This document shows positions 10,351 to 25,824 of a stretch of 64,000 bases of DNA, one piece after another (within the stretch, counting starts at the first letter, position 1; every line of letters starts with the position of its first letter). The notes under the pieces were generated by a model. It searched no databases and had not been told where the DNA came from. It worked only from the letters and a program-made list of their open reading frames with translations. Source of the DNA: Styela clava (taxonomy: Eukaryota); contig NC_135256.1 in assembly GCF_964204865.1 (NCBI RefSeq), forward strand, positions 19,654,001 through 19,718,000, written 5' to 3'. Position numbers and translations under genes: made by a program.

Positions 10351-12688
10351 CAGAGATAACCCATAAGTAATCAAAACATCGCCAATTAACTCACTATACA
10401 GTTTACCGTTCAGTTTTTTTTTAAAGATGTATAAAGCCTTTAGGTATTTTAAAATTGCTTTCCGAGAAAAATATTGTGGTATTTTCCGTATCTTCTCTCG
10501 TGTTTGGTTTTCGTAATTTCGCTACAAATTATATTCTTTCATGACAGATACTGCTTGAAAACACACCAGACATTGTGGTTTAACGTTGTTGTGGATTATG
10601 AAATACGTTCCTCACAATTCACCTTTTTTACACTCATTGTATGTTGAATCGTTATATTTGACCAATTTTATTACTTGTAGCGTGAGCAGGCCTGGTGCTA
10701 TCGTCAAAGTACAACCAAGTCGTCTAAGTTAGGACTCTAGACCCAGCTAAAAAAAAACTGGATCGCGTGGCGCTAAGTCAGCTCTGCGGTTTGTCACTGC
10801 TGTCACATGGCCAACGTTTAAAAATAGAGGAGTGGTTTTACTGAATTAAACGCACAAAACGTCTCTCCAAATGAGGAGTTCCTTGACGCGAGCTTAAGGT
10901 ACGAAGTTTAGATAAAAAGCGCGACCCATCTCGTCGGCTTGGTCCATTTGTATTGTTTACGATGATAAAATACTCACCAACGCCAATCAAGCAGGTCGTA
11001 AACTTATTTGATACAGAGGAAGCAGATCAACTACGATTACTCGTACGTTCCATTGTCTATTTCGATCCACATGGCGGGTCTTTGTAACCATTTCCTGTGA
11101 TTGTAAGGCCAAATCAAAAATTAAACGTGAATAAAGCGTGCATCTATATTCAAAGCATGACTTTTGATAAAACTAAACGCTGACGAAAACTCCCGCGCAT
11201 GCAAAATTTCTCAGTATAAACATTTTTTTGGCATCAAAACGAAAGCACTTTAATAATAATAATAACGATATAACAGGAACAAGTTACCCACGACATTTTT
11301 GAGACACCCTGTAATAAAGTGACGAGGATAGACATGAAACCATAAAAGCTAAGAAAAACAAAGCCATGAGATACTACACTGATTGCTAGATTGGGCATTG
11401 CTGAAAAGTGATAAAGTGGTAGAATTTCTAGTAATACCGTAGCATTTGCAGTATCTGCTCACTGCCGAGAGTCGCATTTCAATTCCATACTCTTCTCTCT
11501 ATTCCTGACTTATTATCTTTCGATTCTGTTATGATGTCAGTATGTTGTCTTAAAGCTGCAATGTCCTTTTTATATTTCAGTCTTTACTTGTTGATATTTC
11601 TCCAGTGCTGGTTCGTTGGTATCATTTTAATCCTCCTGTACCGACGAAAAATGCGACTGCACCCGATGAATGCCAGTGCCAAACGCGACTGGTTGGTATG
11701 ACTGTGAACTTTTCTGCTTTTGCTCCCTGTCTCGCTCATATGCATTGGTTACGGTATAGAAACTGATTAGCCCTGTCTGCGTGTCCACACTTTAACAGAG
11801 TGTAACTCCGATCTTGACTTCTTCAGAGATCGATAAGCACACAATTTATTGAATTCCAAGTGTTTGTATATTGTCAAGTTGCACAATCGAATTGATCCAA
11901 ATAACAGATAACGAAATACCCTCAAAAACTTCAACGCAAGTATATGTGATGAAACCAAATTTCTATCTAGCAAAGAACGATAAAGACGAGCAACATTGAG
12001 CGAGGGAAATATATCATAAAGGAAACGAATTAGAGCAGGATCGTCCTACCCACGGCCCGCCGAGGAGTTTCGAGTGGCCCGCGCTGTATTTTCGGAATTA
12101 AATAAAAAAAAATGAGTGAAACTTCTATTTTTCGAGTGATGTAGTTAATATGAAGATTCGATACAAACAATTTGTTCATTCTCCTGAAAGGCGCTCTGCT
12201 AGCCCAATGAGCATATATACAATGAGTGGAAACTTCCAAATATTTGCTCATTAATCCATTGTGCCCTGCATTTTCACGTCGTCCAGCTAAATGGTTCGTT
12301 GCATATGAAGAAAGCATATCGTTCGCTGCAAAAATCCTTTGTTTCAGCTGGGCCGGGTGCAAAATTGACCGTATTGAGGCTTTTAATTTTTCGATTCGTG
12401 TTCGGTTTTGGGTTTCGAAACATGGTACGTTGAAAGCATACTAACTAGGAGCATATGCATATTGGGAATACATATCTATTAGGCAGAAAACGTAGCTACA
12501 GAACAGAATATGAATCAGTCGCCATGTGGGGTGCGATTATTGCTGTATTTATTCATTGATATATTATGGGACTTACATATTTATCCAGGGGGAGAGGAAA
12601 GCCTAAATATATGGCGAACCACGGCCTCTCCAAATAGCTCTGTGCTCCATATGAACCCCCCGGCTGCCGGGACTTTGTGAGCTATTCG

Positions 12689-14017
12689 TAGGCTTACCAT
12701 ACGTCCCGCTTTAGGCGGGACAGTCCCGCTTTTTAGCGTCTTGTCCCGCCGTCCCGACAAGTCAGCTGAATGTCCCGCTTTTGCGTTCAGCCAACCAGCA
12801 TAATACATGAACATGTTTTCGTTACTATTGTTGCTGTGTAGCACAACGCTAGCCTACTTACTGAAGGTGTATGAGTTATTTTGTTTGTTTCGTTGTTTCC
12901 CGCTAAAATTGTTAGCGAACGTATCACATGTAAAATCAATTCTCGTTCATGTGAATGTAACATTGAGCAACGTCTTTTTGAAAGTTATTTTGTTTGTTTC
13001 GTTGTTTCCCGCTGAAATTGTTAGCGAACGTATCACATGTAAAATCAATTCTTGTTCATGTGAATGTAACATTGAGCAACGTCTTTTTGAAAGTGTTATC
13101 TACAGAAAAGCATGCTTGGGCGAACAGGGAAATTGCTTGAATGCTTGAAAACGGACTATTTCATTATTAGGCTTCCCGCTGCTTGTCAGCAGGGAACCTA
13201 TTGTATTCCTGTGTTTTATTATTATTATTATTTATTTATTATTATTATTATTTATTCATTATTATTATTATTATTTATTTTTATTATTTTTTTTTCAAAT
13301 TAGTCCTACAAACTTGAAATTCACCTCAAATGTGCAGAAGTTCTCAGCTAGCAATAAAATGCAAATTTTATGCATGACTGACCACGCTTTCACGCTCCAG
13401 TGAGCAAAACGCGTTTTCAGTTTTTTTGCGATTTCTCAAAATTGATACATGCTATTGGGTTGAAATTCATAACAATGATTAATGGACATGTTCCGGATAC
13501 GATATGTCAAGGATACGCATGAGTGACCTCGGCGATACGCTCCAGTGAGCAAAATAGGATTTTACATTTTCATCTTCTTCTCGAGAACGGCACTACTTAG
13601 AGACTTGAAATTTACATCACATGCATATAATAAGTCCCCCATCATAAATTGCAAATTTTATGCATGACTGACCACGCTTTCACGCTCCAGTGAGCAAAAC
13701 GCGTCTTCAGTTTTTTTTACGCGGGAAGCCTGTTAAAGCTGCACGCAGCTCTAGTTCTTTATTTATTTTGCTGTACAAAAAAAATCTAAATTCTGATCAT
13801 TTCTTTCTATTTTTCGAACTAAACCCGATTTCGACAGAGAATATGCGCATGAACTCTCGATGACAATATGGTCAATGAAGACAACCGGGATGACTTTAAA
13901 ATTTAAATGTAGGCCTATGTAGTAAAATCAGAAACTGTAAAGTTTCAGGATCACAGCTAAGGGGTCGTGTCTTTGGAGGCGTCCCGCTTTGAAGTCAAAA
14001 AAAATATGGTAACCCTA
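12689..14017 (+). mobile_element. hAT-Blackjack-type MITE, copy 1, with an internal ~109-bp tandem duplication and a nested Helentron-like element
   Basis: Termini taggcttaccata / tatggtaacccta, gtcccg subterminal repeats and TSD gctattcg/actattcg. The duplication is at ~12875-13095. An inverted copy is at 22672-23520. Confidence 0.9.
13166..13755 (+). mobile_element. Non-autonomous Helentron/DINE-1-like (HINE) element with internal ~145-bp satellite-like repeats
   Basis: Sub-terminal IR aggcttcccgc / gcgggaagcct, an (ATT)n microsatellite, repeats at ~13360, ~13515 and ~13650, and a 3' hairpin agctgc-ac-gcagct followed by ctagt. It sits at a T-rich site and is absent from the sister MITE at 22672-23520. 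Confidence 0.8.
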
Positions 14018-17000
14018 ACTATTCGTTTACTTATTAAAAATACTGATTTTAACTATAAATTACTCTGGGATATCTTGCTATTGAAATTTAAAATTTGCCA
14101 TTTTCATGTCTTGTGAATTTACACAAAAAAGTTTGTACATTCTGTTATCAATTATGATTTTTGCGTATATATTATTTAATTTTAACGATCTCTCATATAG
14201 TCATTCATATATATAGATACTGTTGATTTGTATGCGGTTATACTTTTGTAATCAATAGTGAGATATAAAACTTGGACAAGGGGCGCAGCCAGGATTTTTT
14301 CAAATGGGGGAGGGGGGAGGGGCATTACGATGAAATTAAAACAGTGCACCAAAAGTTCAATTCACGACGGCGTGAGGCATGTAATAAATTAAAAACAATG
14401 CGTCGTTCACAGCGATATTCCACAGTTACTTGTAGCTCGCCTCTGTTTTCTTGACGGCGTTTGGTGAATATATACAAGAACACGCTCGCGTGTAGCGCCG
14501 ATCGAATGCATGAAATGCGAAACTTTTACTTGGAATATAATGCTAATAAAGTTGATTTTTTATTGTCATTCAATGATTATTTACATGCGCCGTGATTGGT
14601 GGTGGGCAAAATCGTATTTTTTTTATAAAATTATTCGAATATTTTAACGAACATCGGCGAAGATGTTAAAGAGAACTATTAAGGAATGTATTCACGACAA
14701 AAATTAATTTTATTCTGATTTTTATCTGCTGTGTAAGATTTGTATCACAGTAACGGTCCCAATTCTAAGCGAACAATATTATCATTACTGGCCCCGGGAT
14801 GCGATATTTGTGAAGCTGATAGTTGACATTTTTATGTTTTAATTTTATATTGTTTCCGTGGTACTTTCGTAATAAATAATAATAAAAAAAATCCGCAAAT
14901 TGGTAATCTCTTGAATACTCAGTGTTGAGTATTCACGTAACTCAGCTTTGGTTTAAAACACTGATACTTAACACGTGAATAAATCAGCAATAATGGCATT
15001 TCTACGTGGTCAAAATATTATTTCTCCACAATATCTCGGGAAATTTGCATAGAGTACATTATTCACATGCCTTGCTTATCTGATTCAACGTTTCTAAATG
15101 TACAAAAACGATGTTGACGCGATTTACGCAAAATTAGAAATTGAAAAATATGATGGCACAAAAATGAAACAAAACCCAAAATTTTTACATTCATCGTTTC
15201 TGCCTGTTGGCAATAGCCGTAGGTAAATTTTACTCGTTGTAAATTTATGTTAATAAATTTTATTTTACTTTTCAATGCGCCCTGCTTTGTATTAAAATAA
15301 AAGAGAACCGGGAAGAGAATGTCCTTAAATTAGCTTATAACCCTTTTTCATTTTGAACGCCCATAACGGCGGTAACATAAGCGTTACTGAATAACAATCA
15401 ACAATCACGCATTCTTATTTATCATTATCAGCGGATAAATAAAAAGTCTGGCGGTGTTAATTGCGCTGCGGTGATAATACACAGAATAATATCGTTTTGA
15501 CGAAACCCCAATGCGCGACCCCAAAACGACGGTGCTGCTTTTTTGTGGAAGAAGTTTCGCATGAAAAATCCTTCTCAAATGGGGGGGGGGGCTTACAACC
15601 TATGTAAAGGGGGGCGTGGGGCATTGTATTCATCGATAACGGATGAGTTTAACATATTTACCAAGGTGGAGAGGAAAGTCGATTCCCTGCTATTCTTCCA
15701 ATTTTTGTCTCCGTTTTTAATGTCAAGATATCCCAGACTGCCAAAGTAATTTAAAATCGGGGAGCCCTGGTGGTTCGTATGGAGCACCTTATAAACTATG
15801 ATTGCGAGAAGCCGTGGTTTGTCATATATTTAGACCTTCTTATCGCCTTTCCTTTTCCTTGGATAAATATGTACCTAAATCCCATGCTATAATCAGAAAT
15901 AACCGCACTTGACTTCATATTCTGTGCTAGCTACGTTTTCTGCCTGATAGATATGCATTCCCAATAAGCAATTGCTCATAGTCAGTATGCTTTCAACGTA
16001 CCATACTTCGAAACCCAAAACCGAACACGAATCGAAAAATTAAAAGCCTCAGTACGGCCAATTCCGCACCCAGCGCGGCCGAAGCAAGGGATTTTTGCAG
16101 CGAGCGATAGGCTTTCTCCATATGCAACGAACAATTCAGCTGGACGACGTAAAAATGCATGGCACTATGGATTAATGAGCAAATACTTGGAAGTTTCCAC
16201 TCATTGTATATATGCTCATTGGCTAGACCTTTCAAACGAGCCATCAGTTCCATCACCAACTGGAAGATATGAGATATCGATACATAAATAGTAGCTTACA
16301 CCATAGATTTTGTTGTTATGCATTGTCTCTGCTTACACACTTGGCAGTTTTAATGACCTCGTAATTTGCAGCACGTACTCGTACAAGCAAGTTTTTTCAC
16401 AGATGAACCATGTCAAATCATCTGTGAGATCACTAATTTCTGACAGTCATATGGAAAATTCGCTTCGCATTGCTACATCGTCCTTTTCAGCGAATATTGA
16501 CAAACTTGTTAGCGAAAAACAGTGCCAAACTTCACACTAAAATATCTACGTGTAGAAAAAACTTTGTTGACTTTACTGTATCTTCGTTTTTTATCGTTCT
16601 TATAAGAAAGTTTGGTGCGAGGGTTTTGTTTGTTTTTTCATTAACTTTTGGTCAGTGTAGCAAAACTAGAACATAATTACCATGTTAAGTGGCCCGCGCA
16701 ATTATTAGTAAACTAAATGTGGCCCGTCGGCCAAAAAAGTTGGCCGACCCTTAATTAGAGCAACGACCTTGTTTCAGGCAAATAACATGCACTATTAACA
16801 ATATGAGGTAAAAATATAAAAATACACAGTAACTATCCTTATGTATCCGCTACAACGGTGGGTACCGGTCTTGGACAAGGTGGTACGGTACGGTACGGTA
16901 CCGGTACCGGGCTACCGGCTAGGTAGTTTTGTTTGTAATATCTGGACGAAGGCATTGCAGGGTGGAGTGCAGACATGTATGTGACAGTATTCATTCAGCT

Positions 17001-17082
17001 GTTCAATGCTGTTTCGTTGTATTACAGTAGTAAGTGATTTCTTGAAGTAGGCCATGGTTTCATGGATAGGCCGTGGTTTCAT

Positions 17083-17432
17083 GGATAGGATAGGATTTAG
17101 ATATTTATCCCATGGGAGAGGAAAGCCGATAAGACGGCTTAATCAAATGGCGAACCACAGCCTCTCGTCCGGTTACCAGTCCAGGTCGGGTATGCTGGTA
17201 TGGGATTAGTTAGCCAGTTATTTGTTTTCGGAAGCATGGACTTGATGGTGGAGGAAGCCGTAACCGACCAGCAGTTACGTGAACCACCCTACACGACTGC
17301 GAGGAGTCCAGCAATCCTCTCGCACATGATCATCCCCGCATGGGATTCGAACCTGCGATCCCACGAAGGGTAATCAGAGATGCGGTGGCGAGCGTATTCT
17401 TAACGTTTAGCACGATGCGCCACACCGCCGAG
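17083..17432 (-). mobile_element. tRNA-derived SINE, apparently full length
   Basis: The minus strand has an A-box-like tggcgcatcgtg (17411-22), B box ggttcgaatcc (17343-53) and an (atcct)n tail. Its 3' part recurs at 12568-12660, 15772-15885, 47560-47690, 53632-53850 and 61340-61560. Confidence 0.8.
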
Positions 17433-17553
17433 GGTGTTTTTGTTCATTTGCTTGAGATGATGGGGAAGATCTTGCAATGTTCATAACAAAAGTTTTTCAT
17501 CAACAGAAGTCTGCCTATTTATCTGATTTATCCTATACTATTCTTATATAATA

Positions 17554-20594
<3,041 letters not shown>

Positions 20595-21396
20595 TGGTAG
20601 GTAAGCGCTTATACCCAACAAAGCTTCTTCTTTGGGCTAGCTTAAGCTCGAAACGACTATCCTATGCAGTACTACAACTTTTTCTCATGACGAGTAGTCG
20701 ATGTGAAGCTATTATGATCCAATGAGTAATCAGTAATTTATTTTTTCACCAAACAGAAAAGAACACTTCATGCAAATAAATATAATAAGGGAACTTAAAT
20801 ACAGCATTTCAGGGCGAAAGGAATCGCGAGAAACCAAAAAGCTGAATCATAATTTACGATTTGAGGCAATTGGTTTGTTGTGCAGTGTCTATTTAACAAG
20901 TATAAACTTATTTTGACTCCATGTATGAGCATAGCAGGCGGTAAAACAGATTACAGAACCAAATGATCAAACACAACGTTAGGGTTTAAAACTAACCAAT
21001 TTTCAATAAAAAAAGGTATAATTTCCAAGTTTTAAACTACAATTTCCAGTGTTTGAATAATATTGCTATGTTGCCTGTCTCTCGATATTTGTACGCAATT
21101 TCTAATCTACTGTGCTTTATTTTACTGCTACACAATAATTATTAAACAATCATAAGTAAATCTTATATAAAATTTGTTCGATGGATCTGTATGAGACCTA
21201 CACTTAATATTGATGAGGATGTGGAAGGAAAACAGCCAAAAAAACGAACTATTCTCGATCAATAGGTTGCCATTGACTCTGAGGAATGAGATAATTAATT
21301 TGGTGTTTCTATAGTACAAGATTATTTGGACTTTATAATCAAATGACACGTTTTCCTCCCTCACACGTTTTAGATTAAACATTTCTTGCTATCGAC

Positions 21397-21489
21397 TAGG
21401 TCAAAAAAATAGGGCTTACATTAAAATTATTTTCAAAATTCAGGCTAGGTCTTATTCTCGGGTAGGTCTCATTTTCGGGGAAACACGGT
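21397..21489. mobile_element. Tc2/pogo-type MITE end fragment
   Basis: Ends ggtctcattttcggggaaacacgg-TA, with repeated taggtcttatt motifs. Confidence 0.5.
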
Positions 21490-21954
21490 ACTTGTACCCA
21501 CTCCGATAGTAAATGGGGGAATAGCTATATACTTCCGTGTAGTTAAGCTTGCGAAGTAATCTGCTCTTTTTTACACTTTCTTTGATCGATAGCGAAAGTT
21601 CGACCGATGTTTCATGGAAGAGTCATGTTCCAACATTCAGGTATTGTTTCACAAATGACTCTATTGACAAATTTTAAGATAAGAATTTAGCTTTAAGTAT
21701 AAATCAATACTTACCTAGCAAGTAATTGGTCAATGATGAGCAGGCTATGTTATATGATAATGAGGATAAACAGCGCGAACTCTAATCCTTGAATATCGTT
21801 TTTAGGTTTTATGGCACCATAACAGAGATTCACGTCAGTATTGGTAGTTTGACAGCGTTGTGCATACCGCATGTTATAATATGTTAGTCGTTGCTCTTGC
21901 CTTGGTGGAATTCTGTTTGAAAAAGAAAGGCGAGAAACGGAGAATACCTTACTG

Positions 21955-22546
21955 CAGGGGTCTGGTACCCATGGCTCGCAAGCCATATATGGCTCTTTTG
22001 GTGACAGCTTATGGTTCCCAGAAAAATCTAATATCGTAAGGCTAAGCTTACTATTGTTAAGAGATTTCAAACTCTTTTATAGCCAAATTTGCAAAAAACT
22101 TTTGAGAACGCGCGCCCAGCGCATGCCAATGTTATCTAAGAGAATTACCAGACAGGCATTGTGACAAAACTAGGGGATTCTGGAACATATTTTGTGACAC
22201 CACAAAGCGATAGAGTGGCGAAGCAATATGGAAAAGCTTTTCGTACGTACTAGTTACAGTATTCGTCATATTTAAATCGGACTAGCAAAGCTAGTTTTTA
22301 AAATACTACAGAGAAAAAAGGGTGATGACTGATGAGTATCGTCGATTTCAACTTGTGCTGCATGTGAGCAGCCGTTCATGGCCCACAGCGACAACATGCA
22401 GCACCGGAAGTCACATTAAATGTATATTGTATTTGTTGACTTTTGAGTAAAAATTTTATGTGGTATGTTATATGGCTCGCATGGAAATGAAATTGAAAAT
22501 ATGTACCTTTTATGGCACTCTTGACCAAAAAGGTTCCCGACCCCTG
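21955..22546 (+). mobile_element. hAT-Charlie-type non-autonomous element
   Basis: Termini caggggtc... / ...gacccctg, TSD ccttactg/ccatactg, and a transposase-tail remnant NMQHRKSH* near 22400. Confidence 0.8.
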
Positions 22547-22671
22547 CCATACTGTGTGTTTGTTTCCCTGATGCTTGCCAGAAAAAAAGACTTATTTTAA
22601 TCAAAGAAACCTAGATATAACTTTGAAATGCCATTGCTATTCCTAGCTGCTTACAACCTGTCTTATATAAG

Positions 22672-23520
22672 TAGGGTTACCATATTTTTTTGACTTCAAA
22701 GCGGGACGATTCAAAAGTCACGACCCCTTTAGCTGTGATAACGTAACTTTACAGTTTCCGATTTTACTACATAGGCCTACATTTAAAGCCATCCCGGCTG
22801 TCTTCATTGACCATATTGTCATCGAGAGTTCATGCGCATATTCTCTGTCCAAAAATCGGGTTCAGTTCGAAAAATAGTAAGGAATAGACGCTAACGATAC
22901 AAATGATCCGAATTTAGATTTTTTATGCACAGCAAAAAGAATAATGAAATAGTCTGCCGTTTTTAAGCATTTAAGAATTTACTTAAACTTATTTACTTAC
23001 TCGGCCAAGCATGCTTTTCTGTAGATAACACCTTCAAAAAGACGTTGTTCAATGTTACATTCACGTGAACGTCCGAACAGGACCAATTAGAGGTGATTTT
23101 ACATGTGATACGTTCGCTAACAATGTTAGAGGGAAACAACGAAACAAACAAAATAACGCATTCATCTTCAGTAGGTAGGCTAGCGTTGTGATACACAGCA
23201 ACAACAGTAACGAGAACATGTTCGTGTATTATGCTGGATGGCTGAACGCAGTGTTGGAATTCAGCCAATTCGCACCGGTTCTATAGAACCGTCTCACGGA
23301 ATTTATAAGATCAGCGAACCGGTTAGCATTACTGGTTACTGTCAATGACTTTTGTAGCAGAACCGACTGAAAAATATTGCTTTTGTGATGGAACCGGCTG
23401 ACAAAAAAATTGAATTCCACCACTGGCTGAATGCCAAAGCGGGACATTTGACTGACTTGGCGGGACAAGACACTAAAAAGCGGGACTGTCCCGCCTAAAG
23501 CGGGACGTATGGTAAGCCTG
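22672..23520 (-). mobile_element. hAT-Blackjack-type MITE, copy 2
   Basis: Reverse complement of 12689-14017 without the Helentron-like insert, with a perfect 8-bp TSD tatataag (22664-71, 23521-28). Confidence 0.9.
23249..23425. mobile_element. Small hAT MITE nested in Blackjack copy 2
   Basis: TIRs cagtgttggaattca / tgaattccaccactg, TSD gctgaacg/gctgaatg and internal gaaccgg repeats. Confidence 0.85.
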
Positions 23521-23554
23521 TATATAAGTCGCATTGATATTTCAGCGTATGTGC

Positions 23555-23871
23555 ACGTGCTCTTCTAGATGTGTTCTTATTTAATTAAAAGCTAACATTA
23601 TTGGTGTTCTGTGGTGATGGTTATTCAACAAGGGTTGTTTCCCCGACCCATGACCTCAGAAAAAATTTCCCTATATTTACAATTGCAACATTTTTGATGC
23701 TTAGTTTAATAAATCAAACGTTTCTTTCCTACTTGACTATTATTTGATTTATTCTCGTGTATGACGACATCTACAATCTGTTAATCACCCAAATTATTTT
23801 AGAAGTTAGGTATAAGGGGCAGCATTATCAGAAACTCGCCCCGGGCGGCAGACTAGTTTGGCACGCCCCTG
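23555..23871 (+). mobile_element. 5'-truncated copy of the hAT MITE at 6295-6688
   Basis: Close match to 6390-6688, ending ...tttggcacgcccctg. Confidence 0.85.
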
Positions 23872-23934
23872 CGTGTCCCACTTGTACCACGTGTCCCACT
23901 TGACACGTGGGACACGACATTTTGGAGACACCCC
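23872..23934. repeat. Short copy of the 9-bp-period palindromic element
   Basis: gtgtcccacttgtaccacgtgtcccacttgacacgtgggacacgacattttggagacacc. Confidence 0.75.
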
Positions 23935-24679
23935 TTTTCCACTAGCTATTTGCGTTTCGCCCTTTTCTTTTTGCGCCAAATATGGTCGAGTCGGGAATCA
24001 AGATAATTAGTAGTTGGGAATTAAAATGATCATTAGTTATATCGATTGCTTATTTCCAGATTATCTAAAATTCTGATTTAGTATTCCGCAAGAAATTTAG
24101 GATATTCGGCGGTTAAGGTTGAAAACCACTGATATACCGGGCTGCATCTACTGGCCACAGTGCTGTTACAGTATTTATGACATAACCATATAATTGACAA
24201 CACAATACTACTTGTATGTCTTATTAATTACACTAGTTCCTTTTCAAGGATGCAATGAATCAAAAGGGCAGAATGTTTATGTGGGTATACACGAACTAGA
24301 TGCCATATGCAGTCTGTTCTTTTCACACATACGATGTCGATTGTAAACCAAATTTTATAAAGTTGAATTCGCGTACTTCATATGCATGCGAATCCGTGTT
24401 TTAGCAGCAAATGATTTTCAGAATATCGAGTTCCTGAAACCGTCCCAGTCGAGATATAAGTCTTACATGTGTTAACTACACAATACCAACCAAGGGTTAT
24501 AAAACTTCCGGAAAGATGTAACAACAACTTTCTCATTGATGACTTAAACAGCATAATATTTACTAATGTAGCGTCAATGGGTAAGCTACATTAATGTAAC
24601 ACGCCTTACAAAGATCTGACCCATAACTTTCGAAAGACGATAATAGCGCATATTAGTCGTTTGGTGCGGTAGACCAACG

Positions 24680-25112
24680 TCTAAAACGAGAACGTGTTCA
24701 CGTTCATTACCCCAGCACTCTAAGAACGACCTAGCGCGAACCCTCTGAATCCCACAACTTGTTGCATGTATCACTAGCTGATGACCAGAGCCTAATGTGT
24801 GTCAGTAGGTAAGCGGTAAGCTACACGCCTCATCTAGATCTAATACATATCTTTTGAAACGCCTATAATAATGCACGTTACCCGTTCGCTGCGATTGTCC
24901 AAAACAAAATGGTCGACAACGGGTTCGCTCATTGCACGACACTCCAAGAACGGGTTCGCGCAAGTCCCCGGAATCCCACGTTACCCGTTCGCTGCGATTG
25001 TCTAAAACAAAATGGTCGACAACGGGTTCGCTCATTGCCACGACACTCCAAGAACGGGTTCGCGCAAATCCCCGGAATCCCACCACTGGTTGCATGTATC
25101 ACTAGATGATGA
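24680..25112. repeat. ~103-bp tandem repeat (2 close copies at 24874-25080 plus a diverged upstream copy)
   Basis: cacgttacccgttcgctgcgattgtc...aagaacgggttcgcgcaa..ccccggaatcc occurs twice. A related unit at ~24680-24785 shares gttgcatgtatcactag. Confidence 0.8.
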
Positions 25113-25824
25113 CTATATACAAGATTAATAACCAAATGGAAACAGAATCTTTATGCTAGTTAATAGTGGGAGGGAAAAAAAGAGTTATAACATAGAACAT
25201 GTAGGGGAAATGTATCAAAAAATGTTGGCAACCACTGCTTTAAACGCTACATATATATATATGTGTTTATCCACTGGTGGGATTCAAAAAATATATATAT
25301 ATATTAATTTTATTGAAGCATCAAATCTACGAATCTGTTGTAATACTTTCATTGATTTCCCGAAAATGCAGATTTAACAATCTTTAGTGTATTTCTACAT
25401 ATTTGAATCAACGAATGACGTAGCCAAATATTCGGGTCTTTCTTTTATCACAATACATGGCTGGATGTACGCGACCAAGTACTCGTATACATCAGCTAAG
25501 ACCAGTAAGATAAAATTTGCCTGCGGGTCGAAACCAAAATTTAGTCAGTTTTCGAGGATTGTACCGATAATTGTACTTAAATTCAGCGTCTGTTCAGGAA
25601 ATATAAATAAGAAGCACTTTTGTCACTGAAATAAGATCGGGAGAATACCCGTATACACATCGGGAAATAAACCATTACATGCAATTGTTCTAGGTTTTTC
25701 TAGGCATCTGCATGGCGCAGAGGTTTTACGTTATGAAGTCATTTAACAGTTAGACAAGCCTGTACCTCTACGGAATAATATTTCAAAATGAAATGAACTT
25801 CAGTTCGATCTGAAATTACATATT

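Larger units (their letters stand above)
12181..16240. repeat. Long inverted repeat (~0.55-kb arms; left arm 12181-~14100 interrupted by a MITE, right arm ~15700-16240)
   Basis: For example, ccaatgagcatatatacaatgagtggaaacttccaa at ~12205 is the reverse complement of ~16190-16222. Similarity runs through a SINE-tail segment and resumes after 14025 (ctgggatatcttg vs caagatatcccag). Confidence 0.8.
12036..16752 (+). mobile_element. Charlie/SPIN-type hAT element remnant carrying several nested elements
   Basis: Termini caggatcgtcctacc...ggcccg and gtggcccg...gttggccgaccctt, with a perfect 8-bp TSD aattagag (12028-35, 16753-60). A transposase C-terminus at ~16360-16540 reads STYSYKQVFSQMNHVKSSVRSLISDSHMENSLRIA...LVSEKQCQTSH*. 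Confidence 0.85.

Noticed and set aside
11300-11760. Coding-like composition on the minus strand
   Set aside because: No sustained ORF, consistent splice pattern or recognisable motif.
17340-17432. tRNA gene
   Set aside because: A and B boxes are present, but there is no proper cloverleaf and it is continuous with a dispersed repeat body, so it is treated as a SINE head.
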